From: a virus
IMG/VR virus record: IMGVR_UViG_3300042893_000684
Location: 40,427 to 104,426 of that record
Reading direction: 5' to 3' (one strand)
DNA: 64,000 nucleotides
Each line of letters begins with the position of its first letter. Within the stretch, counting starts at the first letter, position 1. Both the position numbers and the translations under genes were made by a program. The notes beneath the pieces were generated by a model. The model had not been told where the DNA came from and did no database searches. It worked only from the letters and a program-made list of their open reading frames with translations. Below, piece by piece: positions 20,001 through 30,114 of the stretch.

Positions 20001-20468
20001 GATTCTTTTGGAATGGACATCTATGTAATAAACAACACTGGAACATTTACGGATCTTGCTAATAGCGAAGAGAAACAGTTTGTCGTGGTTGGCAACTATA
20101 TCGTGCCTTCAGATCCATTTGAATATATTGACCCAGCACTTACAGATGAAGAAAAAAAGGAAATTGTAGGCTTTGACTCCACATGGATTCAGAGGGAGTC
20201 AGAAGCAATTGAGCTATCTAAGTTTATGACAAAGCAGTGGTCTAAGCAGCAAAAGGTTGTCACACTAGAAACATTTTTTAATCCCCTAATACAAATAGGA
20301 GATATTGTGGAAATTTCTTACCCAGATAATGGACTATATTCTTCTGAAAACTCAACAATACCCGCTGGGTTTCAGGCTAATAAATTTGTTGTTCTGTCTA
20401 TTGATAGTACCTACGATAAAGATTCTCCGCCTACAACAAACATAGCTTGTAGGTCAATTTATACATGA
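17070..20468 (+). CDS. Large tail hub/minor tail protein
   Basis: Position; C-terminal NPLIQIGDIV hub-like motif; ATG 17070 coupled to the upstream stop. Confidence 0.65.
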   Translation: MIQVSANTTNALSKAVNVSVTNGCRVEYNMNDLISGVAVTAPEGVITATLTAPQNQGGYQYKPFEKLFPIKSIIDPRRPKVAGIQYMIAADPSLSTTLAASGSADGKTYAAAKELNKRLYFSGIKTAYKYWVTPKAASGSTSLTNCILTVSYPAVKTAAANKIVLKFETSHSKPTSWNVKLLSLSGVESTIYTGTTCPDNGIVNLYYNGSAWVDVEPATVSTGVDLSGLKLQVNSISTAGGYLGIIEISARLVKDVTDILQSFDISQNSSDSINGLVPVGDVTANYLRLSLNAYDKSYDNYDKTKAFNKNKLSLYENITIRPHVIVESEKINLGVFYLDSYEVDEFGEVSINALDGARELQYIKPPDIVTKDMSTVAIIRRLLDSVGFSNYKFNLVDTDTSIVAPYYWYTDPQKTVWQHIQDLCKDTQMIAVFDNNDVLQFYPRGYIFNTAKNPDASFRYSNTADGKLANISGISIENVPSVKAIKVMYSPQLTSNYDGDADNLYTSPVVTLGSAALMADLPKVATAETDAPKGVIKLRPVEISGAAQQFYSYTGYLVLGKEIIEYDAIKFVYEPVSGSPAVAYKWIKNESDIQSNLGLAKPNTFRPTGEYRIKERNVFNAVTADADLTHSADIDSLRMEWTGQKWNSETGNFTPDNTESAFTLKEVAIKDENGKDLANPNNLFSAIPRSMMTIFAPLGTLKDSTQDPTIKEPVPNKIYTLVTTDTAKYLKGENFSIGTNMYFPLLKNSKGEATGEQRTISGIAFSLNSTNKSGYFLSVATTQNTSADKGFRELSFYKIVDGKLIKMTDSQKEEDGSILTGISGGRLYRIDIRANYSVPTGGSAKVLTLRISINNKEFIVVDQSPITITEKIGIASLQGVSAFDYVYASAIDESDFTADKKYNPYKGFMGGESTIIKTFGEFIFNQKGQTESTSWVREFGPVARELKKITARYTTPGFPLYPSLVNNPDVTIAGTSIDSFGMDIYVINNTGTFTDLANSEEKQFVVVGNYIVPSDPFEYIDPALTDEEKKEIVGFDSTWIQRESEAIELSKFMTKQWSKQQKVVTLETFFNPLIQIGDIVEISYPDNGLYSSENSTIPAGFQANKFVVLSIDSTYDKDSPPTTNIACRSIYT

Positions 20469-20487
20469 GAAATGGTAGAATGTAAAT

Positions 20488-20847
20488 ATGAGTAATATTA
20501 AAAACCCAGCGTCCTCAACGGCAAAAGTAAAAAAGCTTTTGCTTTTTGAAGGAGACCCTTTAATTAAAACTCTTAAGCCAGACTATTATGCTATTGTTGG
20601 TAAAGACACGCTGACTGGTATTGCAGACCCTACTGGAGAAGACCCAGGAACAGACCCAGAAGATCCTGGCGAAGAGGATCCAGGTGAACCAGGTGATGGA
20701 CTAAAGGCACCATCTTTGTCTGATATAACTCTTATAAGCAAGACTATGGTTACAGACAAAAACAAAAATCAATATGTTGAGTTTGTATTTAATGTTAAAA
20801 ATAGCGGCGGAGAAACAGTAGTGGGGGCAGAGGTTTATGGACAATAG
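20488..20847 (+). CDS. Hypothetical tail-region protein (leaderless)
   Basis: TGGTAGAAT 6 nt before ATG; DPGE-rich linker. Confidence 0.6.
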   Translation: MSNIKNPASSTAKVKKLLLFEGDPLIKTLKPDYYAIVGKDTLTGIADPTGEDPGTDPEDPGEEDPGEPGDGLKAPSLSDITLISKTMVTDKNKNQYVEFVFNVKNSGGETVVGAEVYGQ

Positions 20848-21793
20848 AATAAGCTTAGTTGGAGAATATATCTTTTACGAAGACGGCAAAGAGATATGCC
20901 GTAATAAAAACCTAATAACTAAATTTGGTAAAAGATATTTAACACAGTATCTGGCTGGCCAATCAAATACAAATTTAAAAGATATTGCAATTGGTATAGG
21001 TTCCACTGCGGCATCAGTAAATGACACACAACTGGGATTTGAATTTTATAGATCTCCAGTAACAATGAGTAGCATTGACATACAAACTAGCTCAGTAACG
21101 GGAGTTAGCACATATGGTGTAGTTCACAAGACAACAATACCAGTAGATGTTGTAGGAGTTATTAATGAATTAGGTCTTTTCCCAACTGTATCTTTGTCAA
21201 GCACAGACTACGCAAGTAATTCTATTTCTACTTTTGAAGATAATCAAAGCTGGGTAGATTCAGGTGGGCTGTACCCTACTGTATTAACAACACCAACTCC
21301 TAAAATTGGAACTTATTATTTGTCTATGAGTGCATCGGCCTCTGGAGTAAAACAATATTTTAACAATTTTAATATAGACGTATCTGGATACAGCGCACTA
21401 GATAGCCTAACAATTGCATATCGTCAATCTGATTTAAACTTAGATTACGTATTTGTAAGAATGTATGACTCAAACAATAACTACTATGAGATTAGATATG
21501 CAGGAGACGTATCAACAGGAGACAAGATTAAATCATTAACTTTAAACAATCTTTACAGCAGCGGCTACGGATCTGGCCTTCCAGATCAGACTTCTATTGT
21601 TAAAATTGGAGTAGGCGTAAAAGCAAAATCATCGGGAGCAACAACAGTTTTGTTTGATGGATTAAGAATTAATGACGAAGATGCATTTAGAACAGACTAC
21701 GGTCTTATTAGTAGATCGGTTTTAACTACTCCTATTGTAAAGACCTTTGGAAAACAAATGGTTATTGAATATAGAATTGGGTTAGATTTTTAA
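20837..21793 (+). CDS. Minor tail/baseplate-like protein
   Basis: N.IT..G, IAIG.G...D..L..E..R, E.GLF motifs. Confidence 0.55.
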   Translation: MDNRISLVGEYIFYEDGKEICRNKNLITKFGKRYLTQYLAGQSNTNLKDIAIGIGSTAASVNDTQLGFEFYRSPVTMSSIDIQTSSVTGVSTYGVVHKTTIPVDVVGVINELGLFPTVSLSSTDYASNSISTFEDNQSWVDSGGLYPTVLTTPTPKIGTYYLSMSASASGVKQYFNNFNIDVSGYSALDSLTIAYRQSDLNLDYVFVRMYDSNNNYYEIRYAGDVSTGDKIKSLTLNNLYSSGYGSGLPDQTSIVKIGVGVKAKSSGATTVLFDGLRINDEDAFRTDYGLISRSVLTTPIVKTFGKQMVIEYRIGLDF

Positions 21794-24700
21794 TGGGTGC
21801 TTACGATAGAGATGAAGTTGGTTATAGATTACCACCTGATTTAGAAATAACACCTACAGCAGCTGCTGCCTCTGCTGCCGTAGGTTCAAAAGATTCCTAT
21901 ACAAAAAAAATAAAGATTCCTCTTATAAAAAATAAAGAATATAGATTTTTCTTTACTTACTTGCATGAAGACCCAGAAACAAAAGAAATAAAAGAAAGCG
22001 ACAGGTCTCCCGTATGGAAAGAAACTTTTACTATTCCAAATTTAACTAAGGCTGTAAAAAATTTAACATTAACTCCAGGATCACAATCTTACGGAGTTAA
22101 GTTTGATCTTGACCCTTTAAGTGAACAAGAAGATGTCGTTATATTTGAAAGCCTTACCAGTAATTTTGCTACACAAACTATTGTTTATACAGGAACATCT
22201 ACTAACGTTTCAATTCTTACAACAGGGCCAAACGCATTTGCGCCAAGATGGGTGAAGGTTAGATCCAGAGATAAATGGGACGACTTAAATATATCAGAAG
22301 CCACTGCTGGACCAGTAACACCTTTTAGTGCAGATGTTGATACAACATATACTGTTGAAAACCCAGCTAGTTCTTCTGCATCCGCTTCTATTGATCCTAA
22401 AGATTTAAGCGGATTTAGTCTTGTTTCAACAATTAGCTGGGCGCAATCTACAAATGTTAAAACGGCGGGATATGCAATAAGATGGTCAACAGATAATCCA
22501 GCAACAGTAACAAATCCTTTATGGGAATACGCATCAGTAAGCGGAATAACAACAACCTCTTTTACCGCAACAGGATTAATTCCAAACACAACATATTATT
22601 ATCAAGTTGCATCAACAACACCATACGATGTCGTAAGTTGGACAGGTGCTGCAAGTGGAACATTTATTGCTTCAGATGCAGATGGAACAGCGGCAGGTGC
22701 ATTAGCAAGACTTAAATCTTTTATAGCAATAGGCGGGGCATCGCAAGATCTATTTAAAATAGGAACAGGCATATCTCAAAGTATTAATTTAAATACAGAT
22801 CCGCTTGTAAGCCCAACATTAACTGCGGGAACCTATCATGGAATTATATTAAATAAATCAACTACCAACGTAGGTAATAACTTTTGGCTTACCACTGGTC
22901 AGTTTAGAGTTGGAAACCCAACAGAGTTTATGTACTGGAATGGAACAAACCTATATCTAACTGGAAATGTAAATGCTACAGGCGGCAAGTTTACAGGTAA
23001 TGTCCAGCTAGCGATCCCAGCTGGGGCAACTACAAGTGGTACTCTTTTTGCAGGCGCTAATCCAACATCGGGGGCAAGAGTAAGATTTAGTAGCGAGGGT
23101 ATATTTGCATATGATGCTACAAGCACGGACAATGCAACGGGTCAAACATTTTCTTTAGTTCAATCAACAGGTAGATTAAATGCCAATTTAGGTACAGTTG
23201 GCGGATGGACACTTGCAACAACAGGATTCTCATCAAGCAATACTAAAATTGAAAATGATGGAAACATCACGCTAGGAAATCAAGTAGGATCAATCTATCC
23301 AATAGTCAGACTTAGCGCAACCGATGATTTTAGATTGTGGGTTGGAAGCAACAGCTCTTCAACTGCTAAGTTTAGAGTTTCAAAAGAAGGTATTCTGTAT
23401 GCTGAAGGAGCAGTAATAGGTCTAGGAGCAGGATCTACAATTGATGGATACGCAACAACAAGCTCTTTAAATAATTACACTCTTACAACTACTACGACAG
23501 CAATTAATAGCAGGCTGCAAACCGTTGAAGGTGCTTATGTTACCAATACAACACTTAATACTAATATTGCTACAAAAAATGCTATCTTTGTTCAAGACGG
23601 TCAGCCTACGGCTACAAAAGTTGGAGATGTTTGGATAGATACTGATGAAGGAAATATCCTTAAGACTTGGACTGGGTCCACCTGGACTACCAGAACAAAT
23701 TCAACATATGCTACAACAACAGCTTTAAATACAAAATTAGAAGCTGGGGGCTATGCAATTTCAACTGCTAGTAATCAAATTACAAATATTACATCTAATG
23801 GAATTTTTATAACACCAGGAACATTTAAGATATCAAATACAAATGAAACGGCACCTACTACTGGGTCATATGTTTTATTAAACTCAGCAGGACTAACAGC
23901 CTACGATGGAACAAAAACAACTTTTGCAATATCATCATCTGGCAGCGCTTCCTTTTCTGGAAATCTAAGTGCAGCAGGTGGTACATTTGAAGGAAGATTA
24001 TTTGTAAACAATGACACAGGATACATAGATACAGCAGGAACTAAATCAGTAAATGGAATAGGAGTAACAAGTCTTGTAGTAAAGGCTTTAGGATTCAGAT
24101 CTACGGATGACTCTGGCTGGACAAGTACTTGCTACCCATGGACCGAAGGTCTATTTTCTTTAGGAAGCACTCAATATTCTTGGTATAGGTTATATATGGA
24201 AGATGACGTATATTTTGCTAACGGAACAACTTATAAAATTGAACAAAATGGCGATGCCTTTCTGAATGGATATGCAGTTTCAGGAGGTTTTGGTGTATAT
24301 AGTCACTGGGCTCCAAGATCTGATAATACTTATGACCTTGGAGGATGGTCTTTATCAAGCACTGGAATTCAGCAAAATAAAAGATGGAGACAGATTTATT
24401 CAAATAATTCAACAATTACAACATCTGACAGTAGATTAAAAACTGATATTTCTGATTCAGAGCTAGGACTAAACTTTATAAATAAACTACGTCCAGTTAC
24501 ATACAAGTGGATAGAAGGGTCTAAGGAACCAGTTCTTGTAGATAAAGAAGTAAAGCACATAGGCATAGATGGCGTATCAGTTGAAAAAACAGATATCGTA
24601 AAAACCCAAAAAATTAGTGGGCAAGATGAAGACGGAAACGACATATATGAAACAGTATCTATTCCAGGAAAAAGAAGACACGCTGGTTTTCTAGCTCAAG

Positions 24701-24894
24701 AAGTAAAGCAAGTACTAGATGAGCTTGAAGTCGAAGATTTTGGCGGCTGGGTATCAGATAATATTGAGGATCCAGAAGCAATACAAAGTCTAAGATACGA
24801 GCAATTTGTAGCGCCTTTAACAAAGGCTGTACAAGAACTATCGGATATGGTAGAATCATTACAACAAGAAATAAACATACTGAAGGGTATATAA
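21793..24894 (+). CDS. Tail fibre/receptor-binding protein with FN3-like domain and C-terminal intramolecular chaperone (S74-like)
   Basis: GLIPNTTYYYQV; TSDSRLKTDI...LRPVTYKW...GFLAQEV...L.KAVQEL. Confidence 0.8.
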   Translation: MGAYDRDEVGYRLPPDLEITPTAAAASAAVGSKDSYTKKIKIPLIKNKEYRFFFTYLHEDPETKEIKESDRSPVWKETFTIPNLTKAVKNLTLTPGSQSYGVKFDLDPLSEQEDVVIFESLTSNFATQTIVYTGTSTNVSILTTGPNAFAPRWVKVRSRDKWDDLNISEATAGPVTPFSADVDTTYTVENPASSSASASIDPKDLSGFSLVSTISWAQSTNVKTAGYAIRWSTDNPATVTNPLWEYASVSGITTTSFTATGLIPNTTYYYQVASTTPYDVVSWTGAASGTFIASDADGTAAGALARLKSFIAIGGASQDLFKIGTGISQSINLNTDPLVSPTLTAGTYHGIILNKSTTNVGNNFWLTTGQFRVGNPTEFMYWNGTNLYLTGNVNATGGKFTGNVQLAIPAGATTSGTLFAGANPTSGARVRFSSEGIFAYDATSTDNATGQTFSLVQSTGRLNANLGTVGGWTLATTGFSSSNTKIENDGNITLGNQVGSIYPIVRLSATDDFRLWVGSNSSSTAKFRVSKEGILYAEGAVIGLGAGSTIDGYATTSSLNNYTLTTTTTAINSRLQTVEGAYVTNTTLNTNIATKNAIFVQDGQPTATKVGDVWIDTDEGNILKTWTGSTWTTRTNSTYATTTALNTKLEAGGYAISTASNQITNITSNGIFITPGTFKISNTNETAPTTGSYVLLNSAGLTAYDGTKTTFAISSSGSASFSGNLSAAGGTFEGRLFVNNDTGYIDTAGTKSVNGIGVTSLVVKALGFRSTDDSGWTSTCYPWTEGLFSLGSTQYSWYRLYMEDDVYFANGTTYKIEQNGDAFLNGYAVSGGFGVYSHWAPRSDNTYDLGGWSLSSTGIQQNKRWRQIYSNNSTITTSDSRLKTDISDSELGLNFINKLRPVTYKWIEGSKEPVLVDKEVKHIGIDGVSVEKTDIVKTQKISGQDEDGNDIYETVSIPGKRRHAGFLAQEVKQVLDELEVEDFGGWVSDNIEDPEAIQSLRYEQFVAPLTKAVQELSDMVESLQQEINILKGI

Positions 24895-25052
24895 TGGAAA
24901 AAGTAGAACTAGTAGTTCAAGCATTGCAACAGCGTATCGGTGAGATAGTCTCACAATATGAGACGCATATAGCAATTCTTCGTGCTGAAATTACAGAGCT
25001 GACTGATAAAAATAAATCACAGGAAGTTCCATCGGAACAACCAAAGGGGTAA
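24894..25052 (+). CDS. 52-aa coiled-coil protein (not in ORF track)
   Basis: MEKVELVVQALQQRIGE...; TAATG coupling. Confidence 0.6.
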   Translation: MEKVELVVQALQQRIGEIVSQYETHIAILRAEITELTDKNKSQEVPSEQPKG

Positions 25053-25055
25053 TAT

Positions 25056-25499
25056 ATGGCAATTTTAAAATCAACTAATGTTAATTCTGGAGATCCAGTA
25101 ACTTATGATATTATCAATAATATTATATTAGATCTAAATGAATTAAACAAAGCAACTGCAGCTAAATTTAATTTAAACTTAACTCAGACAGGCGGCAAAG
25201 ATGGCAAAGATGCAGTATCTCAAACTATTTATAGCACAACAAAATTAGTTAAAATAAAAGCAAAAACTGCTGGAGGATCAGGAGCAACCTGGGACTTTTC
25301 AAAAGCAGGATTTACTAACCCGCCCAGATGCTGGGTTCAGGCCAGAAGCTCTGCCTCATTAAAAGCTTCTCAACTTAATTTTACAACCATCATTACAAAT
25401 GTTAGTACTACAAGCATGACCTTCAAAGTAAGAGGCCCAGGCGGTACAGCACAAACTGATGCAGATATTGAGTTTGATTGCTTCGCAGTCGAAGCATAA
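25056..25499 (+). CDS. Hypothetical tail-associated protein
   Basis: End of structural operon; beta-rich C-terminus. Confidence 0.5.
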   Translation: MAILKSTNVNSGDPVTYDIINNIILDLNELNKATAAKFNLNLTQTGGKDGKDAVSQTIYSTTKLVKIKAKTAGGSGATWDFSKAGFTNPPRCWVQARSSASLKASQLNFTTIITNVSTTSMTFKVRGPGGTAQTDADIEFDCFAVEA

Positions 25500-25543
25500 C
25501 CTGTTGACAAGATAAACCAATATGTTACAATTACTGTAACACC

Positions 25544-25568
25544 AAAGTCACGTACCCGTGACTTTTTT
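25544..25568 (+). terminator. Terminator-like hairpin
   Basis: AAAGTCACG/CGTGACTTT plus T-tract; just downstream of TTGACA-16-TACAAT (25504-25531). Confidence 0.6.
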
Positions 25569-25585
25569 ACATATTAAGGTAGACA

Positions 25586-26386
25586 ATGAGTAACGATTTA
25601 AAATGGATGATCTCATCCGACCAGCAATTCCCGTATCAAGATGACAAGATGATTGCCCTTTGGTTTAAGGTAATGAAGTGGTTTAAGCCTGACGTTGTTG
25701 ACTACCTCGGTGATACAGATGATCAAGCATGCTATAGCAAGTACACAGAAGGACGCTCAGCAGAGTTCTTGAACCTTCATAAGACTGACAGTCGAGATCT
25801 TATTGTTCCAATGATGCGCCATGAAGCAAAAGGTGCAAGAGATTTTTATACTAAGACAAGAGAGATGTTGCCAGAAGCGCAACTATTTTCAGCACTAGGA
25901 AACCACGACGTTAGAATTTTTAACTACGTAGATGCAAAACTTCCTGACTATATTAATGAGGTTACTCCAGAAGCTCTTTGGGGATTAGACTCTTTAGGCT
26001 ATGAATATATTCACTATAACGAACTACCTAAGCGCCGATTCGGAGATATCCATGTACACCACGGACTATCAATTGCAGCAACTGGTTCCGTTCGCAAGGA
26101 CATGGAAGACCTACAGGTATCTTTAATTAGAGGTCACTCACACAGAATTGCATCACACCTAGTTACTTATGAGTTAAGAAACGGCGGAGAAGGTGAAACA
26201 CTTCGAGGCTACGAACTAGGACATATGTGTGATGAAAAGGGCCCAGGAATGAAGTACATGCAGCACCACGACTGGCAAAAAGGATTTGCTATCGCTCACA
26301 TTGTCAACGATTATCCACATATACAGATGATCCACGTGGCGCCTGATTACTCATGCGTTGTTGACGGGAAGCTGTTTACCTTATAA
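25586..26386 (+). CDS. Calcineurin-like metallophosphoesterase
   Basis: SDxQ, LGD..D, GNHD, HG, GHSH motifs. Confidence 0.8.
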   Translation: MSNDLKWMISSDQQFPYQDDKMIALWFKVMKWFKPDVVDYLGDTDDQACYSKYTEGRSAEFLNLHKTDSRDLIVPMMRHEAKGARDFYTKTREMLPEAQLFSALGNHDVRIFNYVDAKLPDYINEVTPEALWGLDSLGYEYIHYNELPKRRFGDIHVHHGLSIAATGSVRKDMEDLQVSLIRGHSHRIASHLVTYELRNGGEGETLRGYELGHMCDEKGPGMKYMQHHDWQKGFAIAHIVNDYPHIQMIHVAPDYSCVVDGKLFTL

Positions 26387-26571
26387 TGTGGTGCGGAAAA
26401 TGTGGTGGTAGAGTTTTTGTAGACAGAGTATTCTCACAAAAACTACACGTAGAGTTGTTCTGCATTCTATGCGGGAAAAGAAATATGATTAATAAAGAGA
26501 CGAGTGCTTTCGGGAAATGGCTAGAAAAAAGAGAGACGTTAAACGCAAAAAACTACGGTATTTCTTCTTAA
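26386..26571 (+). CDS. Zn-ribbon protein
   Basis: CGKC...CILC. Confidence 0.6.
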   Translation: MWCGKCGGRVFVDRVFSQKLHVELFCILCGKRNMINKETSAFGKWLEKRETLNAKNYGISS

Positions 26572-26999
26572 ACGATAAAGTACATAAGGTTTTGAGATCA
26601 TCAAGGTCTAAAGATGAATTAGTTGCTTGGTGCTACCCTGATCGCAAAAGAGTCATGTATTCGCATTCTCAGGTTGAAAAACATATGGAGAATGCCTACA
26701 CAATGAAAGATGTTTCTGGGCTTTTAAATAAGCACACAGTAACTATTCACGATTATATTTTAGAAGGAAAGATTAAAGCTCCTTCAAAGATATACCCTAT
26801 CGGAGATCCAGAAAATAAACATTGGTCTAAGTATATGTTTAGCCAAAAAGATATCTTAGGCTTACATGAGTTTATATTAGACTCAGGGCATTCTAAAAAC
26901 TTGCCATCAAAGGCAGAACTGCTGGGTCTTTTCAAACACAACATTATATTGTATACTAAGACTGACTCGGGATTCGTACCAGTATGGAAGGCGGAGTAA
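26517..26999 (+). CDS. Putative HTH DNA-binding protein
   Basis: YTMKDVSGLLNKH..TI..YI..GKI excisionase/MerR-like pattern. Confidence 0.45.
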   Translation: MARKKRDVKRKKLRYFFLNDKVHKVLRSSRSKDELVAWCYPDRKRVMYSHSQVEKHMENAYTMKDVSGLLNKHTVTIHDYILEGKIKAPSKIYPIGDPENKHWSKYMFSQKDILGLHEFILDSGHSKNLPSKAELLGLFKHNIILYTKTDSGFVPVWKAE

Positions 27000-27103
27000 T
27001 GAATAGAAGCGTTACTTGTCCTACTTGTGGAAAAGAATGGGAATTGCGATGGGGCATATTCGCCCATGATAGTTTATCTAGACATATGAAGGAGCACAAG
27101 TGA
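26999..27103 (+). CDS. 34-aa C2H2 zinc-finger micro-protein (not in ORF track)
   Basis: MNRSVTCPTCGKEWELRWGIFAHDSLSRHMKEHK; coupled on both sides. Confidence 0.55.
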   Translation: MNRSVTCPTCGKEWELRWGIFAHDSLSRHMKEHK

Positions 27104-27303
27104 CAACTAGAGTTAAGGTGGACCTCTCGTTCACACGTAATTTAGGTAACTATGAAAGCATTAAGATAGGTGTTGGTGTTGAAGACGATCTTCGTTCTGG
27201 AGAAAGTGTTGATGCGGCAACAGAAAGAGTTTATAAGTTTGTCGAAGATAAGCTTATTCAAAAAACTCGTGAGGTAGAAGAAGAGCTCAAGAGTGGCAAA
27301 TGA
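27100..27303 (+). CDS. Hypothetical protein
   Basis: SD AAGGAG; T.NLGNYES motif. Confidence 0.6.
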   Translation: MTTRVKVDLSFTRNLGNYESIKIGVGVEDDLRSGESVDAATERVYKFVEDKLIQKTREVEEELKSGK

Positions 27304-27610
27304 AAAAGAGCCATACGTACTGATTGGACTTTACCTGTCTCTATACAAAGAGAAGTATAACAAGGCGCTTACTGTAAACAAGTTTAGAGAGAAGTGGGCT
27401 ATGAACGATGTCATAGAGAGTGTTGGATTCCAACGTGCTCAAGAACTTTTGATATACTATTTTTCTACCAACAAGACTGGGCACCCATTAAATTTCTTCT
27501 ATAACAACTTTGACAGAATTGATGCATTAAATAAAGAAATTAAGAAGGACAAGTTTAACCGTAGCATTCTTTTGAATGAGACTAAGAAGATGGTGGAGGG
27601 CGAAGAGTGA
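27293..27610 (+). CDS. Hypothetical protein
   Basis: Overlap-coupled in replication operon. Confidence 0.55.
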   Translation: MANEKEPYVLIGLYLSLYKEKYNKALTVNKFREKWAMNDVIESVGFQRAQELLIYYFSTNKTGHPLNFFYNNFDRIDALNKEIKKDKFNRSILLNETKKMVEGEE

Positions 27611-28875
27611 ATACAGAAGCAACATTAATCTCTGCTGTATGTAAGAATAAAGATATTAGCACACTACTGGCAGACAACGTAGATGATCTGTTTACATCGC
27701 ATAGAGATATCTGGGAAAGCCTAAAGTCATACTACTATAAGTTTAAAGCAGTTCCTGAAGCAGGCGTTCTTATGGAACGACACAAAGACTTTGAGCCAGT
27801 AGAAGCAAAGGCAGAAACTGGCTACTACCTAGACATACTAAAGAATGAGTTTATATCTAACAAGCTTAAGACAATTATTTTGCGTGGAGGCTCGGCCTTA
27901 AAAGAAGATGCAGCATCAAGAGTTCTTGCACAAATGCAGAGCGACCTTGCTGGACTAAGCCGATACACAAACAACGTAAGAGACTTAGATATTATTGATG
28001 TTGAAAATGCTGCACGACATTATCAGGCAGTTAAAGAACGTTCATCTGTAATGGGCGGTGCACCAGGAATCCTTACAGGGTTTGAGGCAATTGATAAAGC
28101 ATATCCAACAGGTATGGCACCAGGACATTTAATTGTAGCAATTGGTTGGCCAGGAAAAGGTAAGACTTGGTTTACTGCTTACCTTGCATGCAAGGCATGG
28201 GAGCAAGGCTTTAAGCCAATGATTGTATCTCTTGAAATGTCTCCAGAGAATATGCGTGACCGTATCTTTACGATGCTTGGCTCAGGAATATTCCGTGCAA
28301 GTGATTTGTCAAAGGGCGACATTAACATTGATGATTTCCGTAACTGGGGAAACAAGAAGTTTGAGGGAAAGAATAGTTTTGTTCTCATCTCAAATGAAGG
28401 TGCATCAGAAGTTACTCCCGCAACCATTCAAGGCAAGATAGATCAGCATAAACCAGATTTAGTTATCCTAGATTACCACCAGCTATTTAATGATAACAAG
28501 CGATCTAACTCTGAAGTAGAAAGAAATAGAAACGTTTCTCGTGAGTTTAAGATGCTTGCAGTTTCTAATAACATTCCTATTATTGATATCACCGCTGCAA
28601 CTGCAGACGATATCTCTGATCAAGATAATCCGCCAATGATGAGCCAAGTTGCTTGGTCAAAGGCAATTGAGTATGATGCTGATATGGCTCTAGCCGTTCA
28701 CAGATACCCACAAACTAATATGATTGAGATTGTTTCTCGCAAGAATAGACACGGTCACGATTTTAATTTCTATCTAGACTGGGATATCAACCGTGGTATC
28801 GTCAAGGAAATTTACGAGAATCCATTCCAAAAAGATGAACCACAAACAGATAAAAAGATTTCAAGTAAGGGTTGA
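27607..28875 (+). CDS. dnaB: DnaB-like replicative helicase
   Basis: GWPGKGKT Walker A, SLEMS, ILDY, IEYDAD, KNRHG. Confidence 0.9.
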   Translation: MNTEATLISAVCKNKDISTLLADNVDDLFTSHRDIWESLKSYYYKFKAVPEAGVLMERHKDFEPVEAKAETGYYLDILKNEFISNKLKTIILRGGSALKEDAASRVLAQMQSDLAGLSRYTNNVRDLDIIDVENAARHYQAVKERSSVMGGAPGILTGFEAIDKAYPTGMAPGHLIVAIGWPGKGKTWFTAYLACKAWEQGFKPMIVSLEMSPENMRDRIFTMLGSGIFRASDLSKGDINIDDFRNWGNKKFEGKNSFVLISNEGASEVTPATIQGKIDQHKPDLVILDYHQLFNDNKRSNSEVERNRNVSREFKMLAVSNNIPIIDITAATADDISDQDNPPMMSQVAWSKAIEYDADMALAVHRYPQTNMIEIVSRKNRHGHDFNFYLDWDINRGIVKEIYENPFQKDEPQTDKKISSKG

Positions 28876-29134
28876 GTTTGCTGACGACTCTGGTATACCT
28901 AGATTAAAATACCAGTACGAAAGCATGCTTACTCACGATATGAGAAGCAAAGGTTATGCTAGAGTCCTTGACATAGACACTAGTTTCTCGGTAGAATTTG
29001 ACGGACAAACGTGGGTGTTCTTAATGACACTCTACGGAGTATACGTAGGAAAGAAGAAGGCATGGCTATCAGAGGGTATAACGCAAGGAAAATTGATTCC
29101 ACGCAATATGCGCCCAACCATATCAAGTCGGTAG
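28835..29134 (+). CDS. Hypothetical protein
   Basis: Fills gap between helicase and primase; start inferred. Confidence 0.5.
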   Translation: MNHKQIKRFQVRVEFADDSGIPRLKYQYESMLTHDMRSKGYARVLDIDTSFSVEFDGQTWVFLMTLYGVYVGKKKAWLSEGITQGKLIPRNMRPTISSR

Positions 29135-30060
29135 TAAAAGCTTTAGGCTTAGATGTAGTTGCGGAACCAGGCAATGAGGTTATGTTCTACTGCCCTTTTC
29201 ATTCCAATAGACACACTGCAAGCTGTTGCATAAACAAATCATCAGGTGCATGGCTATGCTTTAATCCATCATGCGGAGAGTCTGGAACATTAACTGAGTT
29301 AGTTAGACGTGTGCTACACAAGAATGACTTTGAAGCAATTAGATTTATTGCAACACAAGAGCAAGCCGCTCTTAATAATTTTGATGAGATTATGGCAAAT
29401 ATGTTTGAAGAAAAGCCAGACTTCGAAGAGTTTTCCCAAGAAACTTTAGATAGACTTCATACAGATCTTTTAGCAAGCCAAAGCGCAAAAGACTATCTTA
29501 AATCAAGAAGTATTAATGAGGATTCTATGAACCATTTTGGATTAGGATACTCTACTTCAATGAATATGGTTATTACTCCTGTGCATAGTCCAGACGGAAC
29601 ACCGATAGGTTTAGTGGGAAGATCAATCGAGGGCAAGTCATTTAAAAATAGTACCAACCTGCCTAAGAGCAAAACATTATTTAACGTTCATCGTGCAAAG
29701 AAAATTGGTGAGAATGTTATTGTAGTTGAATCCAACTTTGATGCAATTAGAATACATCAAGCTGGGTTTCCAAATGTGGTGGCCGTCCTTGGTGGTATAT
29801 TATCAACAGAACAGCAAAAGCTTTTAAATAGATATTTTAATAAAATAACTGTAATGACAGACGCAGATTTGGCTGGCAGAGAGCTAGGATTGAGCATAGC
29901 CAATAGATTAAAAAATAAAGACCTCTTGTGGGCTTCCTATGAATATGGTAAGATATATCCACATGATGCAAAAGATGCTGGCGACATGACCGATGAGGAA
30001 ATAAAGACCTGCATTAAAAATTCTGTATCCGACATCGAATACAGATCCTGGAACTCGTGA
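29062..30060 (+). CDS. dnaG: DnaG-like primase
   Basis: CPFH...C..C zinc finger; TOPRIM VES.FD, D.D.AG, KD. Confidence 0.85.
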   Translation: MAIRGYNARKIDSTQYAPNHIKSVVKALGLDVVAEPGNEVMFYCPFHSNRHTASCCINKSSGAWLCFNPSCGESGTLTELVRRVLHKNDFEAIRFIATQEQAALNNFDEIMANMFEEKPDFEEFSQETLDRLHTDLLASQSAKDYLKSRSINEDSMNHFGLGYSTSMNMVITPVHSPDGTPIGLVGRSIEGKSFKNSTNLPKSKTLFNVHRAKKIGENVIVVESNFDAIRIHQAGFPNVVAVLGGILSTEQQKLLNRYFNKITVMTDADLAGRELGLSIANRLKNKDLLWASYEYGKIYPHDAKDAGDMTDEEIKTCIKNSVSDIEYRSWNS

Positions 30061-30114
30061 TATAATAAAAATACAGATGGATATATACCATCAACTACAA
30101 ACAAGGAGATACAT

